Shown here: one piece after another, positions 1 through 12,367 of the stretch
Layout of the letters: each line of letters starts with the position of its first letter
How positions within the stretch are numbered: the first letter of the stretch is position 1
Assembly: GCA_964016885.1 (NCBI GenBank)
Contig: OZ024742.1
Coordinates: 207,886,001 to 207,950,000, forward strand
Source: Eledone cirrhosa
Lineage: Eukaryota
Direction: 5' to 3'
DNA: 64,000 bases
Position numbers and translations under genes: made by a program
Notes under the pieces: generated by a model
What the model saw: the letters and a program-made list of their open reading frames with translations, nothing else
Told to the model about the DNA's origin: nothing
The model's database searches: none

Positions 1-347
1 TTGCACTGCAGTGCTTCAGTCGACTCCAAGGAAGCGGTTGAAGGGGGTTATCTGCCGGGAGGCCCTATAATCAATATCTGGAAAAATGAAAGTGCCCATT
101 ACCATCCGGAGTACAAAAGAAACCTATGTCTTAAGTTAGGTGAAAATACTGCTGTAGAAATGCATAAGGTTTATACCTGTGTGTGTGTGTGCGTGCGTGC
201 GTGTGTGTGTGTGTGTGTTTATGTGTGTGTGTGTATTTGTGCCTGCGTATGTATATGTATGTGTATGTTCGTCGGCGCATACGTATGTACTGGCCTAAAT
301 CTTCAATATTTACTTTTACTATGTTAAGGCAAAGTTAAAATACCTTG

Positions 348-448
348 GAGGTTAACTTTACCTTTCATCCTTACGAGGTCGATAAAATAAAGTACCAATA
401 ATGTACTGGGTAATTGCTGGCCTTGTGCCAAAAGTAGAAACAACTATT
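348..448 (+). mobile_element. 5'-truncated copy of tRNA-derived SINE
   Basis: Matches the 3' half (CCTTTCATCCTTACG.GGTCGATAAAATAAAGTACCA...GGCCTTGTGCCAAAAGTAGAAACAA) of full-length copies such as 34971-35155. Confidence 0.9.
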
Positions 449-469
449 TTAATAACCTGTCACTTTCGT

Positions 470-600
470 TTACAATTTTATTTACATCATTCTTAAACTC
501 CGAGGCTGGAAATCATTCGGTTATTTTAAATAGAATATTAGTCTAACGACTCCATTTACAGCATAATCTTGGTTTTGTCTTTGCATTAAATTGTTCTTCT
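470..600 (+). repeat. Fragment of the Penelope pLTR family also at 23990-24460
   Basis: Shares TTTACAT.ATTCTTAA and AAATAGAATATTAGTC..ACGACT.CATTTA with 23998-24080 and 24180-24245. Confidence 0.7.
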
Positions 601-899
601 CAGTCCAGCGCGCCGTTTTTACGTAACATAAATAGATAAGCAAATGACGCCATAAAAGTGAAATAACTCGTCTCTCATCTCTATTTATACATTTGAACTG
701 AAAAATCAATACATTACAAATTCGATTTTTGGACTTGGCGTGGGTCGATTTGAACATTTTCTTGACCGATGTCTCCGCCGAATCTTCATCTGTGAGTGTA
801 GCAATTTCACCGAAATTTGAACGTACGGTTTAGGAGGAGATGTGTGCCGAAGGTTTTAGTAGACAGACAGACAGACAACCTCAGTTTTATATATATAGA
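600..899 (-). mobile_element. Non-autonomous Helitron, 5' portion
   Basis: Plus strand ends (GACA)n-CCTCAGTTTTATATATATAGA|T, i.e. A|TC start on the minus strand; similar terminus at ~53700; left boundary approximate. Confidence 0.55.
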
Positions 900-949
900 T
901 ATAGTTTATTGTTATTTATTAATGTTAAAGTTATATGATTTTTATGTAA

Positions 950-1714
950 AACCCCCGCCGTCACGTCTCGTAATGTCCCATTTTTATGCGCCCCTGTGGA
1001 AAATCAAGAAAGATATCTATCTCATTCTCTCTCTCGCTCTCTCTCTCACTTTTCTCTCTCTCTTCTATTCTCCTTCTCTGTCTCCTTCTCTCTCTAGGTC
1101 TCTCTTTCAATCTACTCTCTCACGACCATTATCTCTTTCTCTCTATCTTTCTCTCTATCTTTCTCTCTATCTTTCTCTCTCTATATCTGTGAAGCTATCC
1201 GGAATAAAACTATATCTTGTGAACACCTGCACCGATTTACACGAAACTTGTTTTATTTCATTTGTATTCCCATTTCAGGGACAGCTTCCTTTCCCATTAT
1301 GCGCCGTGTTGGCAATCACAGAGTTTTAGTAGTATACTAGACCACCCGTGACCCGTTGGGTCACATTCCCATCAAAATATTTTTTTAAAATCATGTTCAC
1401 TTAAAAATAATTTTTGAATAATTAAAATATACACAAAGATGTATATAATGTGAAATGAAACTGGAAGGCCCATATATATATATATCCGGTTGTGTATGTA
1501 TATATATACAAACGTGTACGTGTATAGACATATGTATATGTATGTGTACGTATATATGTGGGTGTCTGTCATCTATATGCACAGGTCATAGACACACACA
1601 TATATATACACACACACATATATAATATATATATATATATACAACACCACCAGCTCTCTCTCTCCCATTCTCCTTCTCTCTATGTCTCTCTTTCAATCTA
1701 CTCTCTCACACCCA

Positions 1715-1767
<53 letters not shown>

Positions 1768-1961
1768 CATGAAGGTACCCAGAACAAACCCCATATTTCG
1801 GGAACCCGTGCTCTGATTTAAGTGAAACTTGTTTTATTACATTTGTATCCTCATTTCAGTGTCAACTTCCTTTCAAAGTATTTTCTCATTATGCTCCCTG
1901 TTGGCTGTATTATATTACAGACAAGTAAGCAATCACAGAGTTTTAGTAGTATATAGATAGA
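950..1961 (-). mobile_element. Two nested non-autonomous Helitrons (inner copy 1337-1957)
   Basis: Inner copy on minus strand: A|TCTATATACTACTAAAACTCTGTGATT...hairpin GTGACCC-AAC-GGGTCAC...CTAG|T; outer copy shares the (CT)n body and AATCACAGAGTTTTAGTAGTATA end. Confidence 0.75.
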
Positions 1962-2299
1962 TTGGTAACTGGTAATGATAGTGCTTATGATGATGATGAT
2001 GATAAGAAACAATAGAGATAATAAAAAATGAGTGGTTATCATTTTATGAATTGATTGGTCAGAATAAGTGAGAATATAGAAGTGGCTTTCAGCTAAAATT
2101 CTCCTAGTAAATGGATGAGGATGAATATGAAACAGTAGATAGGGATGGCATATAACAATAGTAATGATAAACAAATTCTTAAACGGTAGCTACATGTCCT
2201 GTATCCTGCAATACTTTAAAACCCTTTCCGATATTGTTAATAAAGACAAAACTGATAATAATTGTAATGGTGATAATACAGAGTGAAATAGTGAAGTAC

Positions 2300-3520
2300 G
2301 TTAATGTAAAGTAGAATGAAATATATTGAAACTTGCAAAAATGGAGGAATAGCAAAATGGCAAAACATGTTTAAATGACCGAATAATGTTGTAGTGGCAA
2401 TGGTTGAAGCAATATTAATGAAAATAGTTGGGCTTCCTCTCGCACCTCGGGAAGACAAAATCCACAAGATGCAAAACTTAATATCTGCATTGTTATGTCG
2501 TCCACAATCTACAAAACTTAGAAAATGATAATAGTTAAACATTCACAAGATGCAGAATCGAAAAATATTGCTACAACAGGTTAGTCGCAGGATACAGAAT
2601 TTAGAAGAATTTGAAGAATATCAATACCCGCATCTGTGTGAGGACACAGTTACGCACCATAATGTGCAGCTCTGATGCATTAAAATAAGGATAATGAGGG
2701 CGAGGTCTTACATAGCAGGACGTGAGTTGATTAGGTGTCGGTAAGTGTGTTGGTAGGAGTTGAACTTTGGGTTATCCGCCCTATGTAAAACCTGATACAC
2801 ATCGTTATCCAATATGGTTGGTTGCTGTGTAGACACAGTAATTATACAGTATGCATGTGGAAATCATCCGGATGATTTCCACATGCATACTGTATAATTA
2901 CTGTGTCTACACAGCAACCAACCATATTGGATAACGATGTGTATCAGGTTTTACATAGGGCGGATATCCCAAAGTTCAACTCCTACCAAAGGCACAGATT
3001 AAAATTCCATGTATGCAAGCAAGGGGAGAGTGTTTCGCCGGTAAGATAAGGACATTTCTTGATAACTGAGGATATATTGTTTTGTTTTCTCTCCGTGTAT
3101 CTATTTCTTTAAATATTATTGGGGATTGCAGTATCATGGTTGGATCGGTTAATGTTCTGGCTGTTGAGCACGAGGTTAGTGTCTGTGTGGTTTGTATATT
3201 ATGTCAGGTGTGCCGGGAATATGGTTCAATGATCGTTTGTAATAGTCGTACTGATTATGTATGATTAGTATGCCAAATGCGTAATGGAGTTGTAGTTGCT
3301 TTAGATTAACATAGAAACTACGTAATACGACGGCACCGAAATAGCAGTAATTGCAGCAGACTAGTCGTTCGACTAAATCTGCTGTAGTATGATTTAGAAC
3401 TGTGTATTTGAAGATCATTTCTAGCTGATGTGGTAAAGTGTGTAGGGTTAGAAATGATTGGGATTTATGTTTGCTTGGTTGCAATGGGTTTAGTTCTAGC
3501 CGAGGTATATACGGTATTAG
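2300..3520 (-). pseudogene. Highly degenerate Penelope-like RT remnant
   Basis: Peptides FLTLHTLPHQ, LVERLVCCNYCYFGAVVLR and NYYHFLSF...ILSSRG resemble PLE RT segments (LYT.IPH; LIDNI.V.FG..V.RQ; C..Y..F......L...G); many stops and frameshifts. Confidence 0.35.
2750..2989. repeat. Spacerless palindrome, 120-bp arms, one mismatch
   Basis: Arms are reverse complements around ATCATCC|GGATGAT (centre 2869/2870). Confidence 0.97.
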
Positions 3521-3963
3521 TTCTGTATACGTACATATAAAGAGAAAAGAGAGAGAGAGGCGGCAAGAGAAAGCGACATAGAGATAGAAAGAGAGAGTGA
3601 GAGAGAGAGCGTGATTATGGGAGAGAAAGTTTAAGAAAAACACAGGAATATTTAAAAAGAGTGAATGAGAGTGAGCGTGAAATAGATCCGGAACGATAGA
3701 TTATATATGTGGATAAATTATATGTTTATTCATTTCGATGTCACTTTTTTAGATAACTTTTAATGGCAGTATTTGAATGGGTTCAGTTCAGCAATAAATG
3801 GAAGACAACATGAAACATTTTTATTTCAATATACTCGAATAGAAAACTACAAACCCATGCATACACACGCACATTTGGACATAACTGTGTGGGTTTGGAA
3901 ATATATGTACACAATAATCTATTATGTATGTATATTGTTATGCTTTGGGAGGGTCATATATAT

Positions 3964-4466
3964 ATATTGTTATGCTTTGGGAGGGTCATGTTGCCAATAA
4001 GAAACACGCGCACCAGAAGTTTTCCTCCAATTTATTATAAATTAAATTCATAAATTTAAGAATTTATAAATTTCCGGTTGGTTGGTTGGTTGGTTTCACA
4101 ACCAGACGATTGTTCATATACTGTTAAAGTTCTTTCGTCACACATTCTGTGACCTCTTCAGTGACTGTGGATTCTTTTCTTTGTTTTTGTGTCTCTCCTT
4201 TGTTCTGTTCTACGCCATCTTGTTTTTTGTGTAAAAAAAGGCACAAAAACAAAGAAAATAATCCTCAGTCACTGAAGAGGTCACATAATGTGTGACGAAA
4301 GAACTTTGACAATATATGAACAATCGTCAGGTTGTGGAACCAACCAACCAACCGGAAATTTATAAATTCTTAAATTTATAAATTTAATTTATAATAAATT
4401 GGAGTTAAAGCAACTGGAGGGTGTGTTTCTTCTTGGACACATGACCCTCCCAAAGCATAACAATAT
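3964..4466. repeat. Inverted repeat (~230-bp arms, ~45-bp spacer), Penelope pLTR-like, with a hammerhead-like core in each arm
   Basis: ATATTGTTATGCTTTGGGAGGGTCAT...TTTGTTTTTGTG pairs with CACAAAAACAAAG...ATGACCCTCCCAAAGCATAACAATAT; GTCA-CTGAAGA-GGTCACA..TGTGAC-GAAA at 4268-4310. Confidence 0.9.
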
Positions 4467-4520
4467 CGGTTTCAACACACGTTTTCAGATAAAGAATCTT
4501 GCTAAGCAAATTCAGAAACG

Positions 4521-4575
<55 letters not shown>

Positions 4576-4602
4576 GTGTGTTTGTGTGCGGGGCTCAGTC
4601 TG

Positions 4603-4638
<36 letters not shown>

Positions 4639-4886
4639 CTTACATACATACACTCATTATTACACCTATAATATACATATATGTGTGTGGGGGTACACGT
4701 ATGTGTTCGTAAAATATATGTGCAAATAGGAAAAAATTTGAAATTATGTAGAAAAAGCAGTGAAAATATCAAAGAGGACAATTTCGTGGGGTAATCTTGA
4801 AGTATTCTATATTATTTATATTTTGTATTTTCCAGTAGTATTAATATTCGGAATCATATACATATATGTATGTATTAAACTGTCTG

Positions 4887-4961
4887 CATACATACATACA
4901 TACATACATACATACATACATACATACATACATACATACATACATACATACATACATACAT
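4887..4961. repeat. (TACA)n microsatellite flanking the LINE 5' end
   Basis: About 18 perfect TACA units. Confidence 0.98.
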
Positions 4962-7900
4962 GAAGCATACAAACAATCTGAACCCCAAAAGTTCGGTTTT
5001 ATGCAAAGGCTAAACACTTTATGGAACTCCAAACACCCAGAATTAGACTTTTCTCCAAAGCATTTAAATGAACAGGCAAAACGTATCATTAGCTGTAAAT
5101 TGATACATCTAATGGAATTGAGTGATACTACAAATACAGCCCTTGTAGACAACCACCCCACCTCCACTGACAGACAAAGAGAATGGCCAGCTAAATCTAA
5201 CAGGTAACAACTCACCAACAATTTTGTTGAAATCCATCCCACTTCCACTGAAGAACAGCGAGAAAGGTCAGCTAACTCTAGTAGTAATTGTCATCACATC
5301 AACAACGAGGCTGAAATTCATGACACTACTGAACAAACAGAAAACCAAAAACTTGTGGACACCTTACAAGTGATATGGAACGATATGTTTCAAGAGATAC
5401 ACAGCCTTAATGTGAGTGACAGACCATACAGCACCAGAATCAGTAAATAACCCACTAAATTGGAATTGGAAGCGGTGAACGAAATAGCTGGCAATTATCT
5501 GAAGGCTATACGATCTAAAGGTGTAGAAACGACATTTGAAACACTTAATATTTTGTTATATGTTTCAGCTGTCACATTGCTATCATATAACACACATCTA
5601 AAACCACGGAATCAAGATACAAACAGAAAGCCTGAACCAGCGTGGATGCGAAATTTAAAAATCAAAATGTTGTCCCTGAGACGAAGTATCTCACACATCG
5701 CAGTCGTTATGAAATGCAGCATAGAGAGAAACTTCACACGATACCAGGAAGACCTAAAAAAAGTTAGAGAGACGATTTGGAGATACAAAATTTAAAATTT
5801 TGAACTCCAAATTACACCAGTTGAAACAACAACTCACAGCTACAACGGAAAGACTAAAATATAAGTCAACAGCACATAAACGACAAGTGCTAAATAGATT
5901 GTTTGCCAGAGATCCTAAATCAGTTTATCGCAGCTTCAGTGGCAAAAGCTCAATCCCTGTAAATGACACCCCTTCAAAGGGACAGGTTGAGAGCTACTGG
6001 AGATCTGTATGGGAAACGGATGACGGATTCAACAGACAAACTAATTGGATAAAAGAACTGGAACAGGACTACTGCCAACATCTCCAGACAAAACAATATG
6101 ACATAGATGGGTCAATACTGGAAACAGCTCTACAGAAAATGTCGAATAGGAAATCGCCAGGCCCAGACCTCATTACAGGATACTGGTTGAAGAATTTCAC
6201 TTTCTATCGGCAAGATCTCTTACGGCTGTTTACAGAAACCATTAAAGGCACACAACAACTGCCCAAATGGTTATCAACTGCCACTACTCTCCTCATTCCC
6301 CAAAATAGCCAAATCACCCTTGCTAAAAATTACCGCCCAATATCCTGCCAAAACATCATGTATACATTATATACTGGGTGCCTTAACCTGTTCTTACAGG
6401 ATCACTGTGCTACCAACAACATCATAACACCTCAGCAAGCTGGTGGAAAGAGGGAGGTGTGGGGTTGCATAGATCACCTACTAATTAATAAAATGATTCA
6501 GGAAAACACAACAAAGAATCGCAGAAACATGACTGTGGTGTGGCTGGACTATCAAAAAGCATTTGATAGTGTACCTCATGGGTGGATTATTAAGGCTTTA
6601 CAGTTAGCCAAAGGTTCACAACTATTGGTAGCTGCTGTTGAACGCCTGACCAAGAACTGGTACACCAATTTGATCCTTAGAGGTGAGAAGGAGCAAGTTA
6701 AGACTGAGAAGATACATTACCAGAAGGGCATCTTTCAGGGTGATAGCTTGTCAGTGCTACTCTTCGTTCTCTCACTGAATCCACTATCTTACCCACTCAG
6801 GAAACAAGGTGGACAAAGTAGTGAGTCCAGAAGTATCTCCCATCTTTTCTTTGTTGATGACCTGAAGTTGTATGGGCCAAATATCAATGACATCAAGTAA
6901 CAATTGAACCTCATTACACAATTTTCAACCGACATCAAAATGAAATTTGGTGAGTCTAAGTGTGCATATTTGGCAGTAAAACGTGGAAAAGCTGTGCCCT
7001 CCTCTAGAAATCTAGAGATGAACGGCCTGACAATACAACCTCTACAGTCAGGTGACAACTACAGATATCTTGGACAGGATGAGAATGTCAGATATGATGG
7101 ACCCATAAATAAGGAGAGAACCAGAACTGAATACCTCAGAAGAGTAAAGAATATATGGTCATCAGAACTGTCAGCATACAACAAATACATTGCCCACAAT
7201 ACTTATGCTGTGCCAATTCTAACGCCAACATTTGGCCTGCTGAACTGGTCATTGCAAGAACTAAGTGAGATGGATGTTAGAACTCGCAAACTTCTCAGTG
7301 TTACTGGGAACTTTAACATCAATGGTGTTGTGGATAGGCTATACTTCTCACGCAAGGAAGGTGGCTGTGGTCTAAAATCAATATTAACAACATATGAGAC
7401 TCGGATAGTAACACTCAAGCATCACCTTCAACAGAGGGAAAAGGTTGGCAACCATCTTGCCCAGGTTTATGAGCATGAAAAAAATATATCATTAGAATAG
7501 CGACTGATGAGATATGGAGAGATATGGAATAAAGCCTGATATAAATCTCTCACCCAGAGAAATCGGAAGATCCTATTCAATGTTCAAACAAGATAAAACA
7601 ATTGACCAATTTACAGAAAAAGTTGTGCATGGATACTTGAGACGTAAAACACAGACCATAGAGGGGATAAACCACTCAAAAAATCTGGCATGGAGTTCCG
7701 ACAAGTTTATGACATCACACCTTGAGGGATATCTCTATGCAATACAGGAACAAGAACTCCCTACCAAATATCTGCTGCACAAAAGGGGATGGCTATCAGC
7801 TGACAATAAATGTAGGCTGTGTAAAACAAAGATCGAGGATGTAAGCCACATTGTTGCCAGCTGCGAAAGAATGTCATCTCGCTACTACCTCCCCATGAGA

Positions 7901-8464
7901 CACGATGGGATAGCTAGAACCATCTGGAATGCACTTCGGAAAACAAAATTAACAACAAACGAGGAAGAATATATTGAGACAGATGGCACTAAGGAATACT
8001 GGTGGAACCTGAAAATAAAAACTGTCACCAAATTAAAGCACAACAGGCCTGATATTGTTGTTTGGGACCACACATTGAAAACGTGTTCTGTTGTGGAGAT
8101 CAGCTGCCCACTTGATGTAAACGTTGTTAGAAAAATACAGAAGAAGGAGGACATCTACGGACCATTGATGAGGAGTTTACAAATCCAGTATCCAAGATAC
8201 ACCTTTAGCTTCATACCCATCATTATTGGAGCTACGGGTTATATACCAACCCGCTTGGACCAAAGTATGACTGAACTTGGATTTGCGGACAAAAAGCGCA
8301 GCTCCCTAATTCATAGTCTACAAATGGCTGCGATAGCTGGCACCTTCAAAATTTGCAAAACATTCTTGCGATTCAAGGGATGACAATTTCTATTCTTTTA
8401 CAACCTTGCCACCAGGAAGGTGGCCTGTCAAAAAAAAAATATACTCGAAATTAAGAGAAAGAGA
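4962..8464 (+). mobile_element. R4/Dong-clade non-LTR retrotransposon (RT + CCHC + restriction-like endonuclease), decayed single ORF
   Basis: N-terminal YKQSEPQKFGFMQRL..LW...HP; RT motifs YRPISC, WLDYQKAFDSVPH, GIFQGDSLS, HLFFVDDLKLY, RLYFSRKEGGCGL; CRLC...EDVSHIVASC, RHD, RPDIV..EISCP..K. In-frame stops near 5205, 5448, 6898 and frameshifts near 5780, 7500; short 3' UTR followed by TACA repeats. Confidence 0.95.
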
Positions 8465-8829
8465 TATACATACATACATACATAATATATGTATGTAAAT
8501 ATATACATAATATATGTATGTAAATATATACGCGTAAAATACTCAATAATTGTGTGTGAAAATATGAATTAAAATGAAAAGGACAATAATATTAAATAGT
8601 AAATACACATATCAAACACACAGTTAATCAACCACCGACGCATAAACACACGTATATACAACAAATAATTGATGTGTTAAGAGATTAGCCGAAATATAAA
8701 ATTTCTAATGTTTAATATCTCTTGCGTGTCTTTCAGACTTGCTGAGTGTTGTTGAATGTGAGAGGGAAGAAATTGAAATAATGTTAATGGAGAAGCTAAG
8801 GAAAAACTATTTAGTATATTAAAACACTT

Positions 8830-9640
8830 CATAGTTTTATACATATATAAATATATGAAGACATCAGTTCACTTCTGGTTATCGTTTTCTTTAGTCCAAG
8901 ACGAAGTTGATTGCGACTCGCACTCCCTAGGGGCTGTTGTGTGCTGATATTGTCAATATATCTGAAGCCGTTGAGGAATTGGTGGCAAAATTGAAGACAT
9001 GAGCAAAAGTCGGGAGACCTTAAAGAAATCATGGCGGTGACTATGGTCTTGATAGGGGAAAAGAAAGATGGGAATATTATATTGTCGTGAAAGTGGCCTT
9101 GTACTCTATGTCGAAGACAGGTGTGTAAATGATCTAGAAAGTGAACACTGTATCATCTATATAGGCGCGGTGGGTGGTGGTGGATTACAGCCAGGTTGAC
9201 GGAGAAGATTATCTTTGTGTGCGGCGAAGTAAATATTAGCAGCAAATGCTAAATAAATTCCTTCAATTGCTTGGAAGACTCCTTTCTTATCTGTGGGACC
9301 TAGTCCACAATAGTATTGTTTTTTTATTTATGGTAGCTGGATTAAGAACTACCCGGAAAAGGGCTACGGAGCTAGTATCTCATTTGACAACGGAGAGCTC
9401 CTCCTTTGGAGAAAGAGGTTTGTTGAGTGATGCTTTATTGCGAAAGGCAAAGCTACATGGCTGTAGGTGACGGGTCTTGATTGTGGATAACCGTGAGATG
9501 CTGGAGGGAAATGGGATGTGTATGCGTTTCAGACGAGTCAATAAACAACAGCCTCTCTAATAATGAAGGCATGAAGAGACGCAGCAGGTACATTTTGTAG
9601 TAAGTTGTGTGATGGGTGAGGCTTCCCAAGAAGAAATCAT
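8830..9640 (-). pseudogene. Degenerate, internally deleted Penelope-like remnant
   Basis: Minus-strand PLSPKEELSVVK...VVLNPATINKKTILLW resembles the PLE N-terminal NLS.EE..AL..L..IVIKPADKG..VVW region; ends ...LKKTITRSEL. Confidence 0.4.
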
Positions 9641-10992
9641 GCAAAAGTGTTTCAGTGTACCCTTCACTCCCAATGTGTAAACTTCTTCAGTGCGGGTGTC
9701 CCTAAAATCCTCACAGCAAATCATGTATGCTGGTTGGTTATAGGATGAAATCCAGCCATAGAAACCATGCCAAAAATGTCAACCTAAAAGCACTCTTTCC
9801 CCGATTCAGCCAAGACAAAGAAACAACCCCTTTATACACATAACTAACATCAATAAACGTATTAACTCCATTCATTGTGCTGAAGTGCAAACTGAAAAGG
9901 GGAGAGACAAAAGGTTATGCTTAACCGATACTACCTTGCTTTGGCCATGGCCTGTATCAACAGGTATTTAGAGGTTGATTCAATATTGTTTAGAATACAT
10001 GTTCACTCTATCACATTGAACTCATAAATAACTCATAAATATGTATTGTGCGGAGTCCAGCAAGTTAGACGCTGGATATATCTAGAGATTACCATCAGAG
10101 ATGTAAATGTTTGAGCAACAACTTATGTGCCACATGATTGTTTAAACAAGGCAGAACTGACTATACAACAACCTCAAGGAAACTTCCGACAGGTATCCAA
10201 ATCCTAACAAATGTATGTTAGGAAATCGAAGAAAGCAATGGAAGTTTTGAAATGTATTAATGTAATGAAACAGCAATTATGTGAAGACTAAGAAGGTATA
10301 CAGTTAAGCAACGATATGCAGCCTGGTGGTGATATTGCGTTTCTCAATAACATTAAATATAACAATGGGAGCCGGTGAATGTGGAGAGACGGGAGAAAAA
10401 TATTATATAAAATCTATATTTACATGAAGACTTAATAATGCCAGCAAAATTTAACAATACAAAGCTAACAAAATATTTAACATAACTACAAAGTTGGCAA
10501 GCTTCCTATAGCTGTTCTACATCAAGATCGGTGAAGCAGTAACCCAAAACGTCATGCTTCACATATATATTTCGATATCCCAACAGTATTTTTTCTCTCC
10601 AGCTACCTTTAGCATCGAGATAAATGCTATTCTATTCTGATATGTGATTAATTTGGTAAATATATAAACTTGATGGATGAAACAATGAGAAATGCATTTA
10701 ACGTCATATTTTTTCCTTTTAATTTTAAGTGTTCCATTTGTTGTTAGTATTGAATGGTCAGGGTTTACTATGCATGATTATATTGAGAACATTTATTGAC
10801 TTTCCTTTTTGGCTCGTTTATTTTCGTTGCTTCCTCCATCCTCACAACTTGTCTTCTTGCTTTCCAATGTCATGGAACAGTACATATACGTATTTTACAC
10901 AATATGAACATATAGTTGTATATATAACTAAAGTATGTGTGATTTGATCCGCAATGCTACTGAATATTCATATATAATAATTTATACATACA

Positions 10993-11099
<107 letters not shown>

Positions 11100-11219
11100 T
11101 GTGTATAAATAAAAATGGATGCAGTAAAAACCTGTCAGACCATTACACCGACGGCTGAGCACCTACCGTTTCAACACACATATATATATAGTTATGTAAT
11201 AAACAAAATAAGATAATTA

Positions 11220-11279
11220 TTTCATTTACCAGTGGTTTCTTGAAAGCAAATAAATCTGCTTTCAGTCGTCAGAATGAAA
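11220..11279 (-). ncRNA. Type I hammerhead ribozyme motif (pLTR family A)
   Basis: UUCAUU-CUGACGA-C-UGAAAGCAGA-UUUA-UUUGCUUUCA-A-GAAA-CC-ACU-GG-UA-AAUGAA: 6-7 bp stem I, 10 bp stem II, stem III, GUA cleavage triplet. Confidence 0.8.
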
Positions 11280-11412
11280 AAAATCCTAGTGATTTTATTG
11301 AATGTGGATTTGAAAACAAAAATATAAGAAATATGAAAGTGAGGCTGAGTGAAGAAGAAAAAGAGATTATAAATATATAAGTATATAAACACACACACAC
11401 AAACACACACAC

Positions 11413-11443
<31 letters not shown>

Positions 11444-11813
11444 AACATACATACACATACACACAAATATACAAACACACACAAATATATATATTTATAT
11501 ATATATATATATACACACACATACATACATATATATACACACACACACATACAATTATAACAATAAGTAAAGATAAATAAACAAACATATGCACACTCGA
11601 CGATGCGCATATACTAAAATAAGCAGGCACATCAACTGGCCAAGATAAATCCAATATATGAAATCAAATTAATAAATAAATAAAAGTAAAAAATAAAGTC
11701 AAATATGGAAAAAAAAGTTGACAGTGATATTTTTATTTGTGTTTTTTCTTCTTGTATCGCTGTCAACTTGCTAATATATTTTTTTAAATTTTATTTTTTT
11801 ATTTGTTATCCAG

Positions 11814-11898
11814 ACCACTATGCTACCATTACACCAATACAGCACCCATCTCCTTCCATTCAAATTAGAAGCTACATTCTTAGCAAGTATGAGGACAA
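11814..11898 (+). CDS. Candidate internal exon of an unidentified host gene or pseudogene
   Basis: T-rich tract + CCAG acceptor and GTAAGT donor; open in phase 1 (HYATITPIQHPSPSIQIRSYILSKYED) and in phase 0. Confidence 0.5.
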
Positions 11899-12104
11899 GT
11901 AAGTATGTTTTGAGGCTAAAATTTCTTTAGTCAAAAAAAATACGGTGAATGCTTCTATTTTCTAATTTCAAACTTGCTCGCTGTTTCAAAACATACTTAC
12001 TTGTCATCATACTTGCTAAGAATGTAGCTTCTAATTTGAATGGAAGGATATGGGTGATGTGTTGGCGTAATGGTGTAATGAAACAAGACCCAAGAATGAA
12101 AAAA

Positions 12105-12320
12105 GCACTTGAAACACAAAATATTTCAATCAGGATGACAATTTATCGCCAACAATTACGAGACCCTACCACAAGACAGATTCCACTCAGTACACATCTA
12201 GATATATGCGCAAACGATAAGACACCCAAATTCCAAATCTTCCCACTTTATCTTTACATTGACGACACTACAGATCATATACGAATAAATAAGTAAAATA
12301 CTTTAACATTTTAACATGCC
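12105..12320 (+). pseudogene. Neptune-type Penelope GIY-YIG C-terminal fragment
   Basis: IRMTIYRQQLRDPTTRQIPLSTHLDICANDKTPKFQIFPLY is homologous to the ends of the 54110-54981 and 63800-64000 elements. Confidence 0.8.
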
Positions 12321-12332
12321 AAACATACCCCT

Positions 12333-12367
<35 letters not shown>

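Noticed and set aside
1-327. ORF starting HCSASVDSKEAVEGGYLPGGPIINIWK
   Set aside because: Runs into a (TG)n tract, only a weak donor at 169 and no recognisable family; may be a repeat fragment.
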